Shown here piece by piece: positions 1-13,300 of a stretch of 64,000 bases of DNA; positions within the stretch are counted from its first letter, which is position 1; every line of letters starts with the position of its first letter. The translations under genes were made by a program, and so were the position numbers. The notes under the pieces are model-generated. The model did not search any database, had not been told where the DNA came from, and saw only the letters and a list, made by a program, of their open reading frames with translations. Source of the DNA: Botryllus schlosseri (taxonomy: Eukaryota); contig CM119372.1 in the NCBI GenBank assembly GCA_051294905.1, positions 15,874,001 to 15,938,000 on the forward strand, in the 5' to 3' direction.

Positions 1-1774
1 AAACGGGAAAAGCGATTGAGGTCATTTCGCTACTCAAGGTAGTTGACGTGATGCCGCATTTAGCAACACGCGACTGAGCACGAGCTCGACAATAAAATTC
101 ATTGTAACAAGTGACCTAATATCTTAGTGGGTGTTAACAGGAACTTTCAGCTTACCATTCCAGCGCATCAACTCTGCACGGCTGGCAATTAACTTCATAC
201 TTGTAGACCAGACACGCCGCAGTTCGTGATCTCAATTCACGTGTGCGCGACAATTAAATGTCCAGATTACGCCGAATTTTAAAAAAATGCACTCCAATCA
301 TATGGTCTTGTGTGGTACATATAGTCATGAAAAATTCAAGCGCAAGAGCTTTTCATTAGTCTACTTAGGTTTACGACCGGCAGTATGATGTAAAACCTAA
401 GATAATATACACTTGCAACAACTTAACAAAGTATAATACTGTTGTAACGTACAAGTGGCGTTATAGTTTGCGGGATATTTCATTTCTCATTATTTAGCGA
501 AAAGTAGCCTGTTGACACTGTTGCAAAACCGCCACGGAGTGAACAGAAAGATATTTTTATTGGAGTAAGATCGTCGGTGGAGTGTGACTAATCCCCATTT
601 TACTATTAGAAATATACTTATTCGTTAAGCTGTATCTGGATACGTTTCGTGGATATAATCTTCTTATATAGCGACGTTTCAAGCCTAATATATATATATA
701 TTGGAAATGACATATTGCGCTACGCATGTCATGATAAATGCCCATACTTGAATCAAATTCGTCACGCATTAATCCTTTATAAAAGTGGAATTTCCCCTAG
801 TCAGCATATTGCAATTCCGAAAATGCACTTATCATGGCTTGACCAATATCTGGTGGGTACTTGACTGCGTATGTTGTAATTTTGACGACATCTACATCTT
901 CGAGTGGTGAATAAATGTGGAAGCTTGGCACGTGCCGTAACTGCTTAGATATAAACGACACGTACTAGGGATGGCGAGAACCCCTAAAAGGTTCTGGTTC
1001 GCATGAAAACAACCTTTACAAATGATTCGTAGTGAACATGAACGTGCACGTGACCATATGGCGCGACGTGACGTCACTGGAAAAACAGATCACATTTTCG
1101 TCTTTGTGCCAGCAGTCTGTAAAATATATAACTGGGGTACGTTAATTAATTAATGAGAGTGCGATTCGTGATGTCATCGGAGAGTAACAGTCATGACGAT
1201 GTTAACGGAGGAAAATGTGGTATCCTCGTCTGAAAATATCTTATTGGTAAAATTTTATTACGATTCGAGGTTGACCTTCGGCAATTATTCGTACCCAGTA
1301 TAACTGAGCATCTCAGAAAATCGTTTGAGTCCAGGGCCAATTTGGCACACTGCGGGGAATAGAAAGCTCATGATATCATTGCAGCAAGCATTGTGGTAAA
1401 GAGGGTGTCATATTATTCAAAACCGTAAGCAGTATATAAACGCTCCATCCCATCTAATTTTCAGGACCACGACAGTCTGTTTGAGATTTAAATACTAACT
1501 TTTATTTTACTGTTTATAACATTCGTACGTCCACATAATTCTGTAACGCAAAAGGTTTTTTTTCTGCAATATAGAGGCATAATGTTTGAATTTGAAATAT
1601 TCTAACGTTACTATTCTAGTGTTACTGTCTCTCTCTCGATAAGGGAGCTATACTCCGAAAGCTCTTGTTACCAAATGAACTTAATCATTTGTAAGTATAG
1701 GTGTAGGATAAGTGTTGGAAGCTACTGAGGTATATCGTCTGATATCGGCTAAACGAAGTTATCAATAGTTATAG

Positions 1775-3006
1775 CAGAGGTCTCAAACACGCGGCCCGCG
1801 AGAGGATTTTGTGCAGCCCGCGACGGCATTTTGGAATTTCTAGTATTCAACAATATATTCAAGTGCCATATATAGATACAAGATCTTAAAGTTCACTCTA
1901 AAACTACTATCAAAGTCACTGAAATCTCGAAAGATTTCACAATCACATCACTTTTAAAAGCTACTATGTAGTAGAAGATCTGCTAACGTCACATTTCTAA
2001 TTCATGATGATAAAACATGACCCTTGATGATTCGTGACTGAAGATTGTAATTTGGTTTGGTGCGACCTTCTCGTAAAATTACTCGATTTGGAATTGACTG
2101 CGTGAGTTAATAAAAATGACTTGAGTCAGGTCAAACGGTAAAATCAGAGAAGGATCTGCGACTCGGAACGGTGACTTGGTATTCCTACGGACGAAACAAT
2201 CTATGAAACTGTCATGGGGAATAGTAATATATCAAAACATCGTTGCTTGCGTTGCGTAGGATATGTAGCTACTAGCTATCTAATCAGGTATTTATGGTTA
2301 CCATTGGCATTCTGTGACCGCCGTGACATACAGTTGGTTACATGTTGGGTGCTTTTTGTTCCCTTTATCCATTTTATTATCGGTGTCGAGAAAGGTATTA
2401 GTACGCCCTACAGCTGTTACACCAATGAATTCTTTGCCGATTGGACATTTCTGTTCCAGGAGTTCTTAACCAGGCTACGTAGACCCCATCGGGGTACGAA
2501 GCACCTAACCAGGGTGTACGAGATGCATTGTGGAATTAGGCCTATATGCTGTGGAATATTTTCTTGGCCAATTTATTCAACTGGAAAATAGTATTGGCGC
2601 TATGCGCGATTTTATGTGAATGGGCTTTCTGATTTTCATATAGGTACCATCATAAATTGTGTTGAAAATTGTCAGGGGCAACGAGACATCTCATTGGAAT
2701 CATAGAGGGTGCATGATGTATCCTCTCCTATGATGTCTATAACTCATTAATTAAAAAAATTGTGACCCCCACAAAAACAATTTTATTCAAATATTTGATA
2801 ATATGAATTTGTCCTTTTTAAGCGTGAATACTACAATATAAAATTATATATCTAAGATGATTGTGGAATGCCTGTCTACAAGGTCCCGTCAAAAAAGTAC
2901 TAATTGGAAATAATACATTGGATATCCTCATTATTGATGCTGCGGCCCACGGCGTCATCAAAACTAGGAAATTGGCCCGCGAGCTCATTTGTGTTTGAGA
3001 CCCCTG
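1775..3006 (+). mobile_element. hAT (Buster-type) MITE family A, copy 1
   Basis: TIR CAGAGGTCTCAAAC...GTTTGAGACCCCTG; perfect 8-bp TSD AGTTATAG; colinear with 3716-5138 and 37411-38735. Confidence 0.9.
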
Positions 3007-3715
3007 AGTTATAGTGTAATATTTCAAGCGAAATTCTCGAGAATAAATCTTCCACTATATGCTAGGTTTGTTTTTGTTTCGTTTACCTTTTCTTTTTTTG
3101 CCCAATCTTAGTCATATAGACAGTGATCGGACGTTCAAAATTCAAGGAATTTCGATCACAATGGTATATTACTATAAAATGGTTGCCTGACGTATGAGCA
3201 TGCGAAAAGGGACGGATCGGCATTCGACACTTTAGCATGCGTCACGTTGACATGTGGTTTCACAGCTCCAAAACTTACCCTAAACCCACCCTAACACCAA
3301 AATCAGCCCTTATATATATCCCAACCCCAAACCTAATCCTAACCCAGGCGTGGGTTTTGTGCGGCCCGCGAAAGGCTCAAGAAACGCATTTAAAATATTC
3401 ATAAACGTTTTCCTATTATATTTCACCACGATAATGATATGTTATATTCTTACTATACCATATTTTTATTTCATTCGTGGCACGATAGCCCGACCTCAAG
3501 GCCAACGCATTTTGAAATGTTTCAACTGCTAAACACTAGAAAGAGTCAAAACGGGAATGACTATCGGATTTTACATTGGCCACTCCAGCAAGTTTATTAC
3601 TTTTGGTGCTGTACTTGGAAAAACCGAATCGTGCGTGTGTTAGGTAGATTCGTTCTCTGTAGGAGCAGAAGTAGCTATAGTTATAAAATCTCATAATATA
3701 ATCCTCAATCTAAAC

Positions 3716-5138
3716 CAGAGGTCTCAAACATGAAGCCGCCGCGGGCCACATGCGGCCCGCAACGAAATCTCAACAAACTTCACTATCACGTCACTTTTAA
3801 AAGCTACCATGCGGTAGAAGATCAGCTATTACGTCACATTTCTAGTTCATGATGATAAAATATGGCCCGTTGATGATTCATGACTGAAAATTGTGATGTG
3901 GTTTGGTGCGACCGTCTAGTAAAATTACTCGATTTCGGATTGACCATGTGATTAAATAAAAATGACTCGAGTTGAGTCGGATCAAACGTTGAAATCAGAG
4001 AATGACTAGCGACTCGGAGCGGTGACTTGGTAATCCTACGAACGCAACAATCTATGAAACTTTCAAGGGGAATGGTAATATCTTAAAGGGTCGTAGCTTG
4101 TGTTGCGTAGGGTATATAGCTATCTAATCAGATCAATATGGCCACCATCGGTATTCGGTCACCCCCGTGACGTATATAGTTGGTTACGATGCTGGGTGTT
4201 ATTTATTGTTCTTTTTATCCATGTTATTATCGGTGGCGAGTAAGGTAGTAGTACGCTCTACAGCTGTAAAACCAATAAATTATTCTCCGATTGGATATTT
4301 CTACTCCAGGGGTTCTAACCAAGGTCCGTAGACCCCACCGGGGTACGAAGCACCACATCAGGGTGTATTAGATCCATTGTGGAATTAGGCCTATATCCCG
4401 TAAAATATTTTCTTGGCCAATTTATTCAACTGAAGAATAGTCTTCGCGCTGCGCGTGATGTTATGTGAATGGGCTTCCTGATTTTATTATATAGGTACCA
4501 TCAGAAATTGTGTTGAAAATGGACAGGAGCTACGAGAAATCTTATTGGAAGCACAAGGGGTACGATTTCTAAAAAGGTTAAGAAGCAATGCTATTACTAT
4601 GGTTCAATAATGATTATCGAAGGCAAAATCTGACGCTGATTTAATTTGACTTTGGCAATGACAGTAACAATAGCCTATAAAGCTATACTTATCACGTCTA
4701 TATCAAAACCAGGATTAGGCTGCACCGCTCAAATGCTCTGATATCAGATCAATCGTCTGTAGATTTTAAAATATTCTACATAAAATTGTGGCACGTCAAA
4801 GGTCCAATAGCTGCAATATTATAACCCGACAGTTTTACAATGTTATGATGCCTCCTCTCGTATGGTGTCTATTACTCATTAATTAACAAAATCATGCCCG
4901 GCACAAAAACAATTTTATTCAAATATTAAAAATGTGATTTTTTTTCGTGTCAAACGTGAATAGTACAATGGCAAATTGCATTTCCACGATGTTTGTGGAA
5001 TGCCTGCCTGCAAGGTCCTGTCACCTAAGGCTTACTTGGAAATTGTACATTGAATATCCCTATTATTGATGCTGCGGCCCGCGGCGTCATCAAAAATGTG
5101 AAATTGGCCCGCGAGCACATTCGAGTTTGAGACCTCTG
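3716..5138 (+). mobile_element. hAT MITE family A, copy 2
   Basis: TIR CAGAGGTCTCAAAC...GTTTGAGACCTCTG; perfect TSD ATCTAAAC. Confidence 0.9.
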
Positions 5139-5216
5139 ATCTAAACCATACCCAGCCATAACCCCAAATTTTACCCACATGCTGAAGTGTCGCATCCCAT
5201 TATGTCGCATGCTCAT

Positions 5217-5825
5217 TAGGGTTGTTCAAAAAAAACTTTTTTTTCCAAATCTCACTCGCCTAGTGACTAAATCGTCAGGTTGTCCAAGAAAACGATGCAC
5301 ACCAAATTTGACTCAATTCCAACCAGTAACGGCCGTGCAATCTTGAATTGAAATTTTTAAATTATTAATAAAAATAAAAAAATTAAAATTCTCAAATTTT
5401 TCTGTCAACCCCATGAAATTGTTGAGCTCTCTCCAAAGACGATGCAAAAGAAATTTGAGTCAATTCCGACTTGTAGAAGTGGAGTTATTCGAGTTTTTCT
5501 TTGATAATCCGCGGATCAAGGATAATCCGAGAATCATCAACGAAAAACTCGAATAACTCCACTTCTACAAGTCGGAATTGACTCAAATTTGTTTTGCATC
5601 GTCTTTGGAGAGAGCTCAACAATTTCATGGGGTTGACAGAAAAATTTGAGAATTTTAATTTTTTTTATTTTTAATAATAATTTAAAAATTTCAATTCAAG
5701 ATTGCACGGCCGTTACTGGTTGGAATTGAGTCAAATTTGGTGTGCATCGTTTTCTTGGACAACCTGACGATTTAGTCATTAGGCGAGTGAGATTTGGAAA
5801 AAAAAGTTTTTTTTGAACAACCCTA
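5217..5825. mobile_element. Foldback MITE, near-perfect ~290-bp inverted arms, TAGGGTTG ends
   Basis: Arms 5217 to ~5510 and ~5530 to 5825 are reverse complements with only a few mismatches; 8-bp TSD ATGCTCAT. Confidence 0.92.
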
Positions 5826-8773
5826 ATGCTCATATGTCCACGACCCCTATAAAATACTGCTATTTCAAAATAATCTTCACGACGTAGAACTTACCAAGGT
5901 TCATTTGCGAACACGAAATATCGAGGTTCACACGATGTAAGCGAGCGTGAACAGTACTCTCATACCATACCTACCACATATCCACTGTGTAAAGATAATT
6001 GATACGAAGTTAGCAATAGCCACTCGAATTCCTGACCACATCGGAATTTATTCTTCGAGAATAAATGAATTGTGATGGTTTTACGCGGTCACAATGTTTC
6101 TCCTGTCCACCATGGAGGTGTTGTATTGTTACGTTAGTTAAGCAGTCAATGCAATGGATCATTAACATTACCAATATGTGATGTGGCGACCCTCTCATTC
6201 ACGAAAGAGATGGGTAGAAATTATTAAAATGTTTCCGCAGAATTCTCATTTATCGACATCATGCAGTAGATGTCAAACTATTTACGAGTAACAGTGCAAT
6301 GAATCTGATATAAATGTTTCTATACACTCATTGACCAACATGAAAGATCAATTCGTTCACGCCAGTAGGCCTTCTATGCAATCATTGACGTAATCAACAG
6401 AAAACTGCACTAAATGGAAGTACACGTGAATGCAAATGCGATTAAAATTGTAAAAAGCACATAGTCCGACTGCTTTGATGTCATGACATATCTTCAGGAT
6501 TGTACCTCCCGAACCCCAAATCCCATAATTGGGGGGGGCAAGCTCGAAGGGCCCAAAATTATTTCTCAAATCAACATAAATTACAGAGTATTTTGTGGGA
6601 GATTTCCAACAACTCCAACATTTTCCACGTGCTATGCGCAGTTTGCTATCCCTACATTCCACATTTTAATATGGGTACCCTCAGCGTCCGAGAAAAAAAT
6701 ACTCATTATACTTAGAAAATAAAATGGCATTTCAACGACGGTCATCACCGCTCCACGACACACCAAGACTTCTGAAGTTCTGGCCAATCTGCGAATTACC
6801 AAATAAAACCTTAGGTGAAAATCTCCATTGTTCATTGGCGCGAATTAGTCCTGCGAGAAATATCCGTAAGGGGGGGGGGGGGGATTACCAACATTTTTTG
6901 GGACCTAGTGAAGTACTGTTTCGGCCCTGTATATAATATAACTATATAGAATGTAAGGTAATTCGATGTGCAATTCGCAGCACAAATATGATAGTTTAGT
7001 CTGTCCCTGAATTTACCGATCCAGACTACGGCCAACTATACTTGGAAAATATGTCAATATTAATATACCTGAAAATAATAAACCCTGCTAGGTATAAATA
7101 TTATGATAGAGTCTTAAGCTCCTTAGACAAAACTAGCAGCGGATTGTGATGATATTTCGCTGAACAAGAATAATCCTCAGCGGTACCATATCTAAGAAGT
7201 GCTAACCCATACGCAATACAGGCAAGGCGTGAAGGTAAAAGAGACAGAATATATCGCACGTGAACAACAGTCAACTATTTTGGTATGTCTTACTGTCAGG
7301 TTGCTGTGTATGTGTGCGCGCACGAAGTTAATGCAATTCTTGCAGTTATTGACATGGTTAAAAAATAAAAATAGTGATAGGAAGTAATCAACTGCTTCTT
7401 CCAAGAATTAGGAAACGCCACTAATGCGCGAATTCATTAGTTGCACATTGTTTGATTTGGGTTTTGTGGGGAAAGATTTGAAAAAAGTAGCAAATAAAGT
7501 GTGAAAGTGATTGGAATGTCCAAACCATGCGTAGACAACGCAACTGTTCGTCTAGCTCGCCAGCGTATAGTTATACGACGAAATATTTATTATTTTTGCA
7601 GTTATGAAAACTTGGGAGTCAGAAGAATTTACCTTGCACCCCCATAACTGCAGTCGCCCATGCATGCTAAACCACGAAATGCGGATTTGCGATAACAACC
7701 GTGTATATAGTGCATACGAATAGTTCCATTCACATTTATCACTGCTATTTAATGGGCTTGGTTAATACCACTTGCTGATAGTCATACCATAGCCGCACTT
7801 AAATACAGTGAATTATGACAATTATGTAGTGGGTGTTCTTCCGCAAATGCACATAGCTTAACGGATGAGATATCCGATTCCTTTCAACGTTTCGTTAAAT
7901 ATATTACCTAAATCTCCTTTAAGATATCAACGAGGCGGAAACGAACTAAAGAAAGTGAGGGTTTGAGGATCAGACATATATTTTTCGACCGTTAAGGCGA
8001 ATAACATCATCGTACCGAATGAGAATACATCAACGAAGGTTTTTCAGGACTTAGTTTTTAACCAAGGTCACGAACTAATATGTCAATTGAAAATAGACCG
8101 CAGCTGAACTCACCAGCATTTCACGCACCGGTTTCAGGAGATCATATATATAAATGTAGGTAACCAGAAGGATTCCGCCATATCACATCTGTCCACATGT
8201 TCTCACCGATAATGATTCAAAATAGAACGCAGAAAAGTAGCTAAAACAATCAGATGTGTGCCTCCGGCAAGGTTTAGATTTCGAGTATCATCCAGACATC
8301 GGTGACATATCGTTTTACACAATTCATTGCATCCACCCTTCTATACTTGTGTGCTTTCTGTTTCGAAATCAGGCGATTGGAAATACGAAGAGGAAATGCA
8401 GCCCGTTTTCCACGGACAAGGATGTCATCCGTTCATGATATATATAGCAAGCTGTTGACGTAGGAGTGCGTATATGTTTTTATGGTTGGAGTATAGACAC
8501 CAGTTTCGACCTATCGCTCCCAACGTTATTTCTGTCAGCGATTAGGTGCGTTTTGTAAGTAGGATTGTACTATAGTGAAAGCGGCTTGCTAGTGCCCTAC
8601 CAGGTCATCAGTATGCTGCCATAACGATACAAGTCAGTGAATTCCAATAAGACAAGACAAGGGTATTTATATATACGATTCAAGCAATTAACAAGATCCA
8701 AAAACATGCTAGTATAGAAACGTTATAGTAGGAGTATAGAAAACGAGATCAGAACTGACAGTTCAAAGTAATT

Positions 8774-8806
8774 GGGAAAACGCCGCGAAACTTTCCTATA
8801 TATAAA
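8774..8806 (+). promoter_or_regulatory. Candidate TATA box (TATATATAAA) with adjacent kB-like motifs, upstream of gene A
   Basis: GGGAAAACGC at 8774-8783 and GAAACTTTCC at 8787-8796 directly precede TATATATAAA at 8797-8806. Gene A's first coding exon has a splice acceptor, which implies an upstream non-coding exon. Confidence 0.3.
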
Positions 8807-10321
8807 GATTCCGATCGCCAATTAAGTGATCGAATACTTTACTCCTGAACCGAAGTTTAAAAATACGCTTTATAATGTTCAAGCTGCGAAATGTATACGG
8901 ACATGAGCGATATATGCTGCTGGAATTTGCCAAATACCTTGAGGACCGAAATACGGTACATAGGCAGTAGAGTGCTCACTTGTTAACTAGGAGATCGTAT
9001 ATATTTATTGCAAACTCACGAAATATATGAATTACTACGCCATGATTAGACATCATTAACTTTAAAAAAGGTCGCTCCATATGTTCGATCCAGGTTCTCT
9101 TCCGCAGACTTTTAGCTCGGCTTACTGACAGACTTGGCTCCTAAATGTACCACATTTGAGTGAGGTCAGCAATGAGGAGCTCAGATGTAACTATATACGA
9201 CAAGTAGGCTACAAGATGATCGTGTCGCGTAGTCTCTCTCTGCGATATTAACAAGCTATAATGATGTGAGTTACGGAATAATACAGAGCCGGTTTGAATT
9301 GAAAATGCCACCGATCGTGATCTCAGCTACAATTCCGTTCGTGAATACAACAATATGTAACTGGTCGATGCCTCAAACATATAGTTTCCTTTCTATCAGT
9401 GATAGTATTTATATCCCTTCCCGACGAACCATATATGTATTGTGCGCAACTTTGTTGTTCTTCTAAAATGTTGAACATTCATTATTCAACTTGTGATACG
9501 CGCCATTCAATAATATGTATCCTGTTAGTTGTTCAATTGACGAAGGGCGTCTTATATGCTAGGATTTGTTTTTCTCTCGTGTTTAGGTTAAAAATTGTTG
9601 TGAATCACCGGGCATATTGATTGTGCGTAGTTTAAAAGAGCTAGTATACGTCCAATGGTAAGAGCAATGAGGATGCAAGACTTTCACACGGAAAGGTGGA
9701 TGAGAATGTAAAGTAAATATTGGTTGAAACTGTTTCGTATTTATTACCATGCCACCAACACGAATAGGATAGCAATGGGCCAGGGAGCCCAAAATAAGCG
9801 GTGTTGCAAGGTTACGGGTCGTTCGTACATGTGATTGGATCTTTCAGGTAATTTAATTAGCTCACGGAAAATCGCCAAGCAGACGCACGTGATATGGAAT
9901 TTATAGTCCAGACGATCTGGGATTAAGATTTTAAATATCGATAAACGGATGTATTCTCTAAAAGAGCATATGTATTAACAGTTTGTATCGATTGGAACAT
10001 AAACTGAGATTAGAGGTTCCAAACTCCTGTCGAACCACAAGAGTAAAGGTATGCGAATGACGGTAGTCATCTCACCTACATATTTTAATCTAGCTCTACT
10101 GATCGCGGTACAGCAGATAGCTGCGGTAGGACGTATTATCACAATTTACAATCTTGTTCGATGGCACTTCTATCACTAAGTAGTTTCCATTAATATGATA
10201 TATATTGAGTATATTTCCACTTACTTGCAGAAAGTTACAGTATTTCGTTTTTACTCGGGATTCAGACAAATTATATTAATCATTGAATCGTTTCACAATC
10301 GAAAGCCAACGGACAGTCGAC

Positions 10322-13300
10322 ATGAGGATGCTAAACCTTGTAATGGTGTTAACTATTGTATTCTTGGGAATCGCGGTACTGCAGTCAGAAGGTAGGTGCT
10401 CTTATGTATATCATGTATCTAATATAGTGGAGCGTCATGTATTATACTTGTTTAATGAACTACTATTTGCCATCAAAGGTATTCGTGATGACAATATACG
10501 ACTCAGGTGATGTAGGATGTTTGAGATATAGTTGGACTGTGATACTATATGTTCATGGCTCATTGATCATGCTCACTAGGTGTCGGTTACCAATTATCGA
10601 CCTCTATGGTGATTTATGGGCCTGGGTAGTGGTACGGTACTTTTCGATTTTAGGAAGAAATCATAGACGATATTTTTCGCACAATACGGTACTAACTTGC
10701 GGTATATAACAGAAACGTGCGGGGATCGTTATCATACCTTTAGTTTCGCCAACGTGCTAACAATTGGAAAAGACGATTCCGAATGTTTCCTAATTATTTC
10801 TGAAGTATCTCTGTTCACATGCTAAGCTCTAATTATACAAATGTTTTGCCGACGACCTATGCAGGACGGGTGCATAGCCCGAATGTGATATGTAAGCTGT
10901 CTATGGCAAATACAGATTATACATAACGATGACACGCGATTGATCAGATTTAATAACTGACATTTATATGTATCAGGGATAGTACTAACCATTTAATATC
11001 ATTTTGCTCGTAATCCTAACTTCATTTGGTGATTCGCGTTGGCAAAACAACGGTGTTTGCAAGAGAGAAATGTAGTTCGTAATATTTTGCTGGCATCTGG
11101 TAGAATATTTCACGAGAGTCATTTCGCACTGATACTGAAAAGTTATTAGGTTATACAACTTACAAGTCAAAGCAATCTTGTATGTTATCGTTCACATTCA
11201 CATGGTACCATTTAGGCCACAGTTTTTATTCGTTTGTGTTGTGATATTCATGATGTTTTTCGACTACAATGGTCATTTACACCAGGCCGATATTCTTTAT
11301 TATGATTCCGTATCTGTCGGATTTTAGCACGGCCTACTTCTAGGCTATTTAAGACACCACTTACTCGGATAAGATGACGAGGAGCAGCCTAGATAAACCG
11401 CCAAGACCTAAATAGGAATATTGGTATCAACCTCTGTCGCACTCGAACCCGATGGTGTTGCAGCTGTGGATCATACAAATACACGCTATCTCGCCACGAC
11501 GCCACGCGGCCACTCAGTTGCCAGCGGTTCCCAACGTGGGCGGTATCGCCCCAGTGGGCGATTTCGAGAAACAAGGGGGCCAAAATACTAAAGGGGATGA
11601 CCTAAGGGGCGGTTGTGAAGCGAAAATGTTAAAACGACCTGTGAGATATATTTTACTGATTGGGTCAAGAAAAATACGTGAACACGACTTATTCTGCATA
11701 TGACACGAAAGTTGACTAAAAAATGGTCAACTCAACTCAACCGGTTTCCTGAGCATCTATACTCGGAAAATGACCTTTTTTGCCAATTCACCAGCGATCA
11801 GAGTTGGGTGAATAGATTTTCCGTATTTTCGGATCCAAAATATTGGGGTGCGAAAATTTGTGTCGAGCTGGATAAGGGGACGATGATTCGAAAAAGGTTG
11901 GGAACCACTGGTCTACACAGTGGGCTCCCAAAAGTATGATATTTTCAAATATGCATTTTTACATTTCGGATCGGTCATTTTTCGCATGTTACAATAACTC
12001 GCGACTCCATCAAGTTATTATAGGTTTTGCGTGAGTCACAGACGTATGGTGTTTGCACTTCGCAGTATGACGTCATTGGTTCGCACAATTTCATATCTAT
12101 TAGAGCGGGGAGTCGTGGGCGGTAAAGACTATAGCCACCGGTTTTCAGGCTCAAAGTCGGCTGTATTAGCTATACGCATTTATTTCTCGTATGGAACCAC
12201 CATTTTCTGGCGGGAGAAGGGAAACATATTACGCAGAGGCTACAACCAATACATTCATTTAAAAGCTCCAACTATGCTCAGCCCTCTTATTACTTACCGA
12301 GGAGTTATTTGGGCTTACCTACTAAAGCGCGATTTTGATGTTGAATATGCCGATGTGATATTTTTGATGCGCCGCAACGATACGGCACGATGTTGATGTG
12401 GTACCGTTAGTACGTATGGAATAAATTGAAGTCATCACTCACGATATATCTAAATCAGGGGTCGGCAACCTTTTGCTAGTCGCGGGCCAAATTTCGGATG
12501 TACAACCTTTTGGCGGGCCGGATTTTTTCTTAGTACTATATTTTACGCTCACTTCGGTATATTATCCTACATTGCTGCAATCTCAATCATACCAATCCGA
12601 AGACACATGTATTTACACTTCAACGACACAGAGTAATTGTGACAATTGACGCAGCTTGCTTTTTGAAAGGTTTTCAACTTCTGGTAACAAGTCAGATGAA
12701 ACAAGAATCAGACCCTATTCAAAATGGACGTCCGAAATACGTGATCTTAGCTTGCTCTTCGTGAATTTCATTGTTCAAAACTATTTGTTCACGTGCGTTC
12801 GTGCTTCCAAAAATCGATGCAATTTCTTTTGCATTACTGGTCAAGCTGGGATAAAGACCAATTTCAAGAGCGTACTCTTTGTCAAAGTCATGCAGCGATA
12901 TGCTCTTTGTATGAAATTTGTCATTCAATTCAACTGCATCGCATTTCAGAAAGGCTTATTTGAAATTCTCAGGCAATGGTATTGGCGTCCACATTAAACA
13001 GAGTACCGAATAGTCAGAATTCATTTTGTAGAGAAGGAATGTCGGAAAAGCGGGTGAATATTCAGTACGGTAGTTAAATTTCGTATCACAGTTACAAATG
13101 TAGTGTTGGTACTAGGTTTTCTATCCTCCAGTATAGGAAAGTGAGCATAACTTTCTTTGTACTGTTGACATTTCCAGAGTCACAGATTTGTTTTGAATGC
13201 GCCTCAACATCTCATGTATGTAGTTGTTTTCCCCCTGAAGTTGCAAGTTCAATTTGTTCAGATGTGACGTTAAATGTACCAGAAAAGCAAGATGAGATAC

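Larger units (their letters stand above)
3181..5846. mobile_element. Mutator-like (MULE) non-autonomous element with telomere-like CCCTAA-related internal repeats
   Basis: Imperfect TIRs (GGTTGCCTGACGTATGAGCATGCGA vs the reverse complement of TCGCATGCTCATATGTCCACGACCC once the nested insertion is removed). 9-bp TSD CTATAAAAT at 3172-3180 and 5847-5855. Confidence 0.75.
966..5973. mobile_element. Old hAT-type MITE (family B, TAGGGATGG ends) containing four nested insertions
   Basis: Left end TAGGGATGG at 966 and right end CCATACCTA at 5965-5973, with GAAC-rich subterminal sequence matching copy 22504-23502. TSD is degraded (ACACGTAC / CCACATAT). Confidence 0.6.

Noticed and set aside
157..199. 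Minus-strand MKLIASRAELMRWN followed by GTAAG, a possible first exon leaving the window
   Set aside because: No partner exon in the window; cannot be distinguished from chance.
11430..11511. tRNA gene
   Set aside because: A/B boxes are present but I see no complete cloverleaf; it is the head of a multi-copy SINE.
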